DNA from: Clostridia bacterium
GTDB taxonomy: Bacteria > Bacillota > Clostridia > TANB77 > RGIG9151
Direction of reading: 5' to 3'
DNA length: 32,000 nucleotides
NCBI GenBank assembly: GCA_017934955.1
Contig: JAGBIO010000011.1
Location: forward strand, 116,377-148,376
Shown: in pieces, positions 27,016-32,000 of the stretch
How positions within the stretch are numbered: the stretch's first letter is position 1
How the letters are laid out: the number at the start of each line of letters is the position of its first letter
Program-made: the position numbers and the translations under genes
Notes under the pieces: generated by a model
Databases searched by the model: none
What the model was told of the DNA's origin: nothing
What the model saw: only the letters and a program-made list of their open reading frames with translations

Positions 27016-27049
27016 ATTGTAAGGACGGCGGAACTGTCGTCCCTACAAT
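27016..27049 (+). repeat. single REP-like palindrome (GC-rich variant) just after the fusA stop
   Basis: ATTGTAAGGACGGC-GGAA-CTGTCGTCCCTACAAT. Keeps the GGAC...GTCC foot and the CTACA tail of the family. Confidence 0.7.
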
Positions 27050-27053
27050 AATA

Positions 27054-27216
27054 GTTACTGGTCAGACTCAAATTTATAAAGAAGGCACAAACACTGTAGG
27101 GACAGCATTCATGCTGTCCACAGAATAGGCAGAAGAGCAGGACAGCATAAATGCTGTCCGTACAATAAATTGAGAAAAAATTAAGGCCGTATATAAAGTT
27201 AAGACTGACTTGTAAC
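27054..27216 (+). mobile_element. MITE-like element copy d with REP doublet core (27095-27164)
   Basis: GTTACTGGTCAGACTCAAA ... TTAAGACTGACTTGTAAC. Perfect 8-bp direct repeat CAATAATA at 27046-27053 and 27217-27224. Confidence 0.85.
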
Positions 27217-27244
27217 CAATAATATTTGATAAGAAAAAATTTTC

Positions 27245-27273
27245 TTGCATTTTTACCTTATATGGTATAGAAT
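27245..27273 (+). promoter_or_regulatory. tuf-proximal promoter
   Basis: TTGCAT, 17-nt spacer, TAGAAT, located between MITE d and tuf. Confidence 0.55.
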
Positions 27274-27307
27274 GTAAGCGAGTAATAAATAAAAGGAGGA
27301 AATGAAA

Positions 27308-28510
27308 ATGGCTAAAGCAAAATTTGAAAGAACTAAGCCACACGTTAATATCGGTACTATCGGTCACGTTGACCATGGTAAGACTTCTTTAACAGCGGCT
27401 ATTACAAAAGTATTAGCATTACAAGGAAAGGCTCAATACGAAGCTTATGATCAAATCGATAAGGCTCCGGAAGAGAGAGAAAGAGGTATTACAATTTCTA
27501 CAGCACACGTAGAATACGAAACAGAAAACAGACACTATGCACACGTTGACTGCCCGGGACACGCTGACTATGTTAAAAACATGATCACAGGTGCTGCTCA
27601 GATGGACGGTGCAATCTTGGTTGTATCTTCTGCTGATGGTCCTATGCCACAAACAAGAGAACACATCTTACTTGCTCGTCAGGTTGGTGTTCCTTACATT
27701 GTAGTATTCATGAACAAAGTAGACCAAGTTGATGATCCTGAATTATTAGACTTAGTTGAAATGGAAATTAGAGAATTATTGTCTAAATATGAATTCCCAG
27801 GTGACGATATTCCAATCGTTAAGGGTTCTGCATTAAAGGTTTTGGAATCTACTTCTCAAGATCCTAATGCTCCTGAATATGCTTGTATCAATGAGTTGAT
27901 GGCAGCTGTTGATAGCTACATCCCTACACCGGAAAGAGATACAGCTAAACCTTTCTTGATGCCTGTTGAAGACGTTTTCACAATTACCGGTCGTGGAACC
28001 GTTGCTACCGGTAGAGTAGAAAGAGGTACATTGAAGATTTCTGACGAAGTTGAAATCGTTGGTTTAACTCCGGAAGCTAAGAAAACGGTTGTTACCGGTA
28101 TTGAAATGTTCAGAAAGCTTCTTGATGAAGCTGTTACAGGTGATAACATCGGTGCATTACTCCGTGGTATCCAAAGAAATGAAATTGAAAGAGGTCAAGT
28201 TTTGGCTAAGCCGGGTTCTATTCACCCACATACTCACTTCAAAGGTGAAGTATATATCTTGACAAAAGAAGAAGGTGGACGTCATACACCGTTCTTCAAT
28301 AACTACAGACCACAGTTCTATTTAAGAACAACTGACGTTACAGGTGTTATCGAACTTCCTGAAGGAACAGAAATGGTTATGCCTGGAGATAACGTAACAA
28401 TGACAATTAAATTGATTCAACCAATCGCTATCGAAGAAGGATTAAGATTCGCTATTCGTGAAGGCGGAAGAACAGTTGGATCCGGTGTTGTTACATCTAT
28501 CATTGAATAA
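27308..28510 (+). CDS. tuf: Elongation factor Tu
   Basis: [41 protein letters not shown] 27308 is 8 nt after AGGAGG; the ORF-track ATG at 27302 is too close to the RBS. Confidence 0.98.
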   Translation: MAKAKFERTKPHVNIGTIGHVDHGKTSLTAAITKVLALQGKAQYEAYDQIDKAPEERERGITISTAHVEYETENRHYAHVDCPGHADYVKNMITGAAQMDGAILVVSSADGPMPQTREHILLARQVGVPYIVVFMNKVDQVDDPELLDLVEMEIRELLSKYEFPGDDIPIVKGSALKVLESTSQDPNAPEYACINELMAAVDSYIPTPERDTAKPFLMPVEDVFTITGRGTVATGRVERGTLKISDEVEIVGLTPEAKKTVVTGIEMFRKLLDEAVTGDNIGALLRGIQRNEIERGQVLAKPGSIHPHTHFKGEVYILTKEEGGRHTPFFNNYRPQFYLRTTDVTGVIELPEGTEMVMPGDNVTMTIKLIQPIAIEEGLRFAIREGGRTVGSGVVTSIIE

Positions 28511-28525
28511 TTTATAAGGAATAGC

Positions 28526-28558
28526 AAGGGTATCGAGAAATCGGTACCTTTGTTTTTT
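28526..28558 (+). terminator. tuf terminator
   Basis: AAGGGTATCGA-GAAA-TCGGTACCTTT (two G-U pairs) followed by GTTTTTTG. Confidence 0.8.
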
Positions 28559-28597
28559 GTTGTATAGGCAAAATTTTTGATTTTTCCTATACAACAA

Positions 28598-28691
28598 AAC
28601 GCTCCGCGGGGGAGCACACTCACGCGAAAGGAATGTTGCTGCGCAACTCGCGTTCGGCGCAGGTGTTTTGCCTTCGCAAAACACTTTTGTT
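28598..28691 (+). ncRNA. candidate small structured RNA (GC-rich, ends in its own terminator)
   Basis: Hairpins GCTCC-GCGGG-GGAGC (28601-28615), ACGCGA..GTTGC-TGC-GCAAC-TCGCGT (28622-28653), and terminator GTGTTTTGC-CTTC-GCAAAACAC+TTTT (28663-28688). No convincing promoter found; no known family recognised. Confidence 0.3.
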
Positions 28692-28715
28692 CTATAGAAC
28701 GATTTTTAGATTTGC

Positions 28716-28891
28716 AAACTACATTCAGACTATAATCTTTCTAAAATGTGGCACAATCGCTGTAGGGACACAATTTATTGTGTCCGCGAAATAGGCAGAT
28801 GATAGAATTAGGACACAATAAATTGTGTCCCTACAAAAGATGTTCTAACGATATTTTTTGAAAGTTATAAATTTATAGTTTGAATAGTAAC
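28716..28891 (+). mobile_element. MITE-like element copy e with B-type REP doublet core (28761-28836)
   Basis: AAACTACATTCAGACTATAATC ... TTTATAGTTTGAATAGTAAC. Core TGTAGGGACACAATTTATTGTGTCC...GGACACAATAAATTGTGTCCCTACA. The left end is degenerate. Confidence 0.7.
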
Positions 28892-28917
28892 ACGCAAAAC
28901 ACTTTTTTCGATAATTC

Positions 28918-28946
28918 TTGCTATTTCGACATTTGGCGGATATAAT
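28918..28946 (+). promoter_or_regulatory. promoter of the DUF4435 gene
   Basis: TTGCTA, 17-nt spacer, TATAAT (28941-28946). Confidence 0.65.
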
Positions 28947-29000
28947 ATTCTTACAACATTTGAATAAAAAAATCCTTTTTTGTTTTAAGGAGGAGGACGT

Positions 29001-29759
29001 ATGACTGAGTTGACATTGCGGCAGCAGGAGAAGCGAAGGGTGAAACAATTAGCAGAATTAGCGATCGAAGAGTACTATAATCATCCGGAGAAAAAAGGAA
29101 TTTTGCTTTGTGAAGGAACTTACGACAGCATTGATTTCGCAGTGTATTCGTTAGTATATCCGGAATTAGTGGTTGTTCCTTGTGAAGGATGTACGGTGGT
29201 TACTAAAATGGTTTCGAAAGTACTTTGGCGTTTAAAAGGAAAGACGGAGGCAAATGTTTTCGCAATTATCGATCGAGATGATTTAACAAAGAAACGGATT
29301 CGTGCATTGGAAAAGCAAGGAATTTTTTGTACCAGATTACCGTTTATCGAGAATATTATCTGTTGTCCTGAGGTATTGAAGATTCTTTGTAATGTTTATG
29401 GAAAGAATTATATTGCGGTGAGAAATCGCATCAGTTCAGGACTGTTGGAAAGGTTGCAACACCGTATTAAGCAGTATCTACCGATTAATTTGGATTGTTC
29501 GGAATGGGAGCGTTCTGCTTCTGTTACGATTGTTTATCGTGATTCTAATGGAAATGTGAAAAAGGAAAAAACAGTTACAAGAGATAATGTCTTTTATGTA
29601 TTTCGTTCTAAAGAAACAGCAAGTCAGGCGGCATGCGCGTTGGGATTGACAGATCGAGACAAATATTATGAAGCAGTGAAAGAACAAATTAAAGGAGCGT
29701 ATGGAGGGGCGTTGATTTTAGCGATGAAAAAATATCTTCCCGTACTTTCTTTAGAATAA
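29001..29759 (+). CDS. DUF4435-like protein (OLD-family/AriB-type Toprim fold), no ATPase partner
   Basis: AGGAGGAGG RBS. Ordered motifs GILLCEGTYDSIDF, VVPCEGC..V, FAIIDRDD and LPFIENIICCPEVL fit the DUF4435 pattern (xVEGxxD ... GGk..V ... IvDrD ... lE.yeIENy) as I remember it. Confidence 0.65.
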   Translation: MTELTLRQQEKRRVKQLAELAIEEYYNHPEKKGILLCEGTYDSIDFAVYSLVYPELVVVPCEGCTVVTKMVSKVLWRLKGKTEANVFAIIDRDDLTKKRIRALEKQGIFCTRLPFIENIICCPEVLKILCNVYGKNYIAVRNRISSGLLERLQHRIKQYLPINLDCSEWERSASVTIVYRDSNGNVKKEKTVTRDNVFYVFRSKETASQAACALGLTDRDKYYEAVKEQIKGAYGGALILAMKKYLPVLSLE

Positions 29760-29760
29760 G

Positions 29761-29792
29761 AGGTTACCACAAGGTAACTTCTTTTCTTTTTT
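29761..29792 (+). terminator. terminator of the DUF4435 gene
   Basis: AGGTTACC-ACAA-GGTAACTT followed by CTTTTCTTTTTT. Confidence 0.8.
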
Positions 29793-29799
29793 AAATCAA

Positions 29800-29828
29800 T
29801 TGATAAATCAATGAATATCTTGTAAAAT
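29800..29828 (+). promoter_or_regulatory. possible promoter of the second Nudix gene, upstream of MITE f
   Basis: TTGATA, 17-nt spacer, TAAAAT (29823-29828). Confidence 0.45.
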
Positions 29829-29840
29829 AGAGTAGGTGTG

Positions 29841-29946
29841 GTTAAAGTTCAGATTTAAATTGTCACAAATATAGCGGGACGTCGAGGACGCCGTCCCCTA
29901 CAATGATGTCAGAATCATTGTAGAAAGATATAGTCTGACCTGTAAC
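29841..29946 (+). mobile_element. MITE-like element copy f (short; single GC-rich REP)
   Basis: GTTAAAGTTCAGATTTAAATTG ... TATAGTCTGACCTGTAAC. Core GGGACGTCGAGGACGCCGTCCCCTACA. Flanks TAGGTGTG / TATGTGTG (7/8). Confidence 0.75.
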
Positions 29947-29969
29947 TATGTGTGAAAGGATGAAAATGA

Positions 29970-30527
29970 ATGGAGCAATTTGAATGGTTAAGAAATTATA
30001 TTCCGCAAAATGAGCAGGAGGAGAAGGATAAGCAAGTGATGCTGAATTTTACGGAAAAGTTTGATAATTTATTTACTCGTGAGAATGATATTGCACATTT
30101 TACAGCGTCGGCGTGGGTTGTAAATCCGGAGCGGACAAAGGTTTTGATGATTTATCATAATATTTATCAGTCTTGGGCGTGGACAGGTGGTCACGCAGAT
30201 GGAGAGACGGATTTGTTGAAAGTTGCAGTGAAGGAATTAAAAGAGGAAACCGGTGTTGAGAAGGTAACAGTTATTTCAGAAGAACCGTTTTCGATTGAGG
30301 TTCTTTGTGTGAATGGGCATGAGAAAAGAGGAAAATATGTTTCTTCGCATCTTCATTTTAATGTTACTTTTCTGTTGGAGGTAACGGAGGAAGAGATGTT
30401 ACGTTGTAAGCCGGATGAGAATAGCGGGGTAAAGTGGTGCTGCTTAAAGGATGTGGAGAAATTGTCGAGTGAGCCGTGGATGAATGAGAGAATTTATAGA
30501 AAGTTAAATGGGCGATTGAATATGTAG
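29970..30527 (+). CDS. Nudix hydrolase
   Basis: Nudix box GGHADGETDLLKVAVKELKEETGV. The stop TAG (30525-30527) lies inside the GTAG of the next REP. Confidence 0.85.
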   Translation: MEQFEWLRNYIPQNEQEEKDKQVMLNFTEKFDNLFTRENDIAHFTASAWVVNPERTKVLMIYHNIYQSWAWTGGHADGETDLLKVAVKELKEETGVEKVTVISEEPFSIEVLCVNGHEKRGKYVSSHLHFNVTFLLEVTEEEMLRCKPDENSGVKWCCLKDVEKLSSEPWMNERIYRKLNGRLNM

Positions 30528-30595
30528 GGACACAATTCATTGTGTCCTTTAAATAGCAGAAAACCGAAATGGACAGCATAAATGCTGTCCGTACG
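30523..30595 (+). repeat. shell-less REP doublet (B-type left, A-type right)
   Basis: TGTAGGGACACAATTCATTGTGTCC-TTTAAATAGCAGAAAACCGAAAT-GGACAGCATAAATGCTGTCCGTACG. No GTTAC...AGACT ends around it. Confidence 0.85.
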
Positions 30596-30613
30596 ATTGG
30601 AGGGAGGAGAAAT

Positions 30614-31306
30614 ATGGATCAGTTTTCACGGACAAGATTGTTGATTGGAGAAGAGGGAATAAATAAATTAAAAAGAGCGAAAGTGGCCATTTTCGGCGTG
30701 GGAGGCGTTGGTTCTTATACGGCGGAAGGGTTGGCACGTGCCGGTGTGGGGCACTTTGTTTTGGTAGATAAGGACGATATTTGCGTGACAAATTTGAATC
30801 GACAAATTCATGCATTACATAGTACGATTGGAAAGCCGAAAGTGGAAGTGATGAAGGAGCGGATTTCGGAAATTAATCCGGAGGCAGAGGTAGAGGCTTT
30901 GCAGGCGTTTTATTTGCCGGAAAATGCGGAGCAATTTTTACAGGAAAAGTACGATTATATCGTGGATGCGGTGGATAATGTAACGGCGAAAATCGATTTG
31001 GCGGTGAGGGCGGAACAGGCAGGAATTCCGTTGATTTCAGCGATGGGAGCGGCAAATAAGTTGAATCCGTTTTTATTTGAAGTGGCAGATATTTATAAAA
31101 CGTCGGTTTGTCCGCTTGCGAAAGTAGTTCGCAGGGAGTTGCGAAATCGAGGTGTAAAATCTTTAAAAGTGGTGTATTCTAAAGAAGACCCGATAAAACC
31201 CAAGGAGACGGAGGAGGGACAGCGAGTTGTGGGGAGTATTTCTTTTGTCCCGTCAGTGATGGGTTTGATGATTGCGAGCGAAGTGGTGAAGGATTTATTA
31301 TATTGA
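30614..31306 (+). CDS. tcdA: tRNA threonylcarbamoyladenosine dehydratase (ThiF/MoeB-fold, TcdA/CsdL-like)
   Basis: ATG 30614 follows GGAGGGAGGAG. VAIFGVGGVGSYTAEGLARAGVGHFVLVDKDDICVTNLNRQ. The ORF-track start at 30569 lies in the REP. Confidence 0.8.
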   Translation: MDQFSRTRLLIGEEGINKLKRAKVAIFGVGGVGSYTAEGLARAGVGHFVLVDKDDICVTNLNRQIHALHSTIGKPKVEVMKERISEINPEAEVEALQAFYLPENAEQFLQEKYDYIVDAVDNVTAKIDLAVRAEQAGIPLISAMGAANKLNPFLFEVADIYKTSVCPLAKVVRRELRNRGVKSLKVVYSKEDPIKPKETEEGQRVVGSISFVPSVMGLMIASEVVKDLLY

Positions 31307-31323
31307 AAGGATATGAATGAGAG

Positions 31324-32000
31324 ATGGAAAAACGCAGAATCGTGATTCCGGTAGTGTTTTTATTGTTGATTGCGTTATTATTGGAAGTCTTTTCTGTTGC
31401 GAAGGATCAATATGAGGAAACTCCGACGTTACATCTTTTAATGATGCATGTGGTTTGTGAGGAAATGCCGGAGGATAAAAAACTGCATAATTTATATATT
31501 ACGACGGAACGTTTGGCGGAATACTGTGATTATTTTACAAATAGCGATTACCAGATTGTGAGTTTGGAAGAGGCGTATCGGATTTTTAAAGGGGAGGAAG
31601 AAGCAAAAAAGTCAGATTTGTTGGTTTTTACCTTTGATGACGGATATGAAGATAATTATTTGTTGGGGTATCCGGTTTTGCAGAAGTACGGTGTGAAGGC
31701 GAATATTAATGTGGTTGCAAAGGTGATAGAGGATGAAGTGCCTTTGTGGGGAACACGGTATTTGAGGTGGGAGCAGATAAAAGAGATGCAGGATTCCGGC
31801 TTGATTGAGATTGGTTCACATACTTATAATTCGCATGAATATACGACGGATGAACGGGGAAAAAGTGTTCCGTTATTGAAGGCAAAATTGGCGGGAGAAA
31901 CGGATGAAATGCGGAAGAATCGAATTTTTGACGATTTAATGAAGGCAGATCAATTGATTTCGGAAAATCTTGGTGTTAAGACAAAAATCATGGCATATCC
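31324..32000 (+). CDS. Polysaccharide deacetylase family protein (NodB domain), 3'-partial
   Basis: ATG 31324, N-terminal TM anchor IVIPVVFLLLIALLL, NodB motifs TFDDGY and GSHTYNSH. Open to the window end. Confidence 0.8.
   Translation, partial: MEKRRIVIPVVFLLLIALLLEVFSVAKDQYEETPTLHLLMMHVVCEEMPEDKKLHNLYITTERLAEYCDYFTNSDYQIVSLEEAYRIFKGEEEAKKSDLLVFTFDDGYEDNYLLGYPVLQKYGVKANINVVAKVIEDEVPLWGTRYLRWEQIKEMQDSGLIEIGSHTYNSHEYTTDERGKSVPLLKAKLAGETDEMRKNRIFDDLMKADQLISENLGVKTKIMAY

Overview
Low-GC Firmicutes chromosome segment, probably a spore-forming Clostridia-like organism (cotJABC present). The left 8 kb is an AT-rich defence island. It holds a 204-nt foldback with 47-bp perfect arms, an MqsR-like toxin paired with an MqsA(zinc ribbon+HTH)::DUF4065/Panacea fusion antitoxin, and a complete type I R-M system (hsdM-hsdS-hsdR). 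Next comes a decayed block (two genes with single in-frame TAA stops, one Nudix gene), then cotJA-cotJB-cotJC, a secreted protein, a DUF368 membrane protein and an ISNCY transposase remnant. After that: a codon-usage-foreign 438-aa protein with a YfbR-like HD domain, tRNA-Met, dusB, yqeG, hup, motAB, topA, dprA and the str operon (rpsL-rpsG-fusA-tuf). The window ends with an orphan DUF4435 (AriB/OLD-Toprim-like) gene, a second Nudix gene, tcdA and a partial polysaccharide deacetylase. The strongest non-genic signal is a dense family of GTAG-flanked palindromes (REP/REPIN-like, about 18 hairpins). Most sit inside co-oriented 106-221-bp TIR-bounded MITE-like shells with 8-bp flanking direct repeats, and they occupy most of the long intergenic gaps between 12.5 and 30.6 kb. 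Other unexplained structures are a 2 x 147-bp structured tandem repeat between rpsG and fusA and a GC-rich, terminator-ended RNA candidate after tuf. All family calls come from motifs read by eye; no database search was possible.
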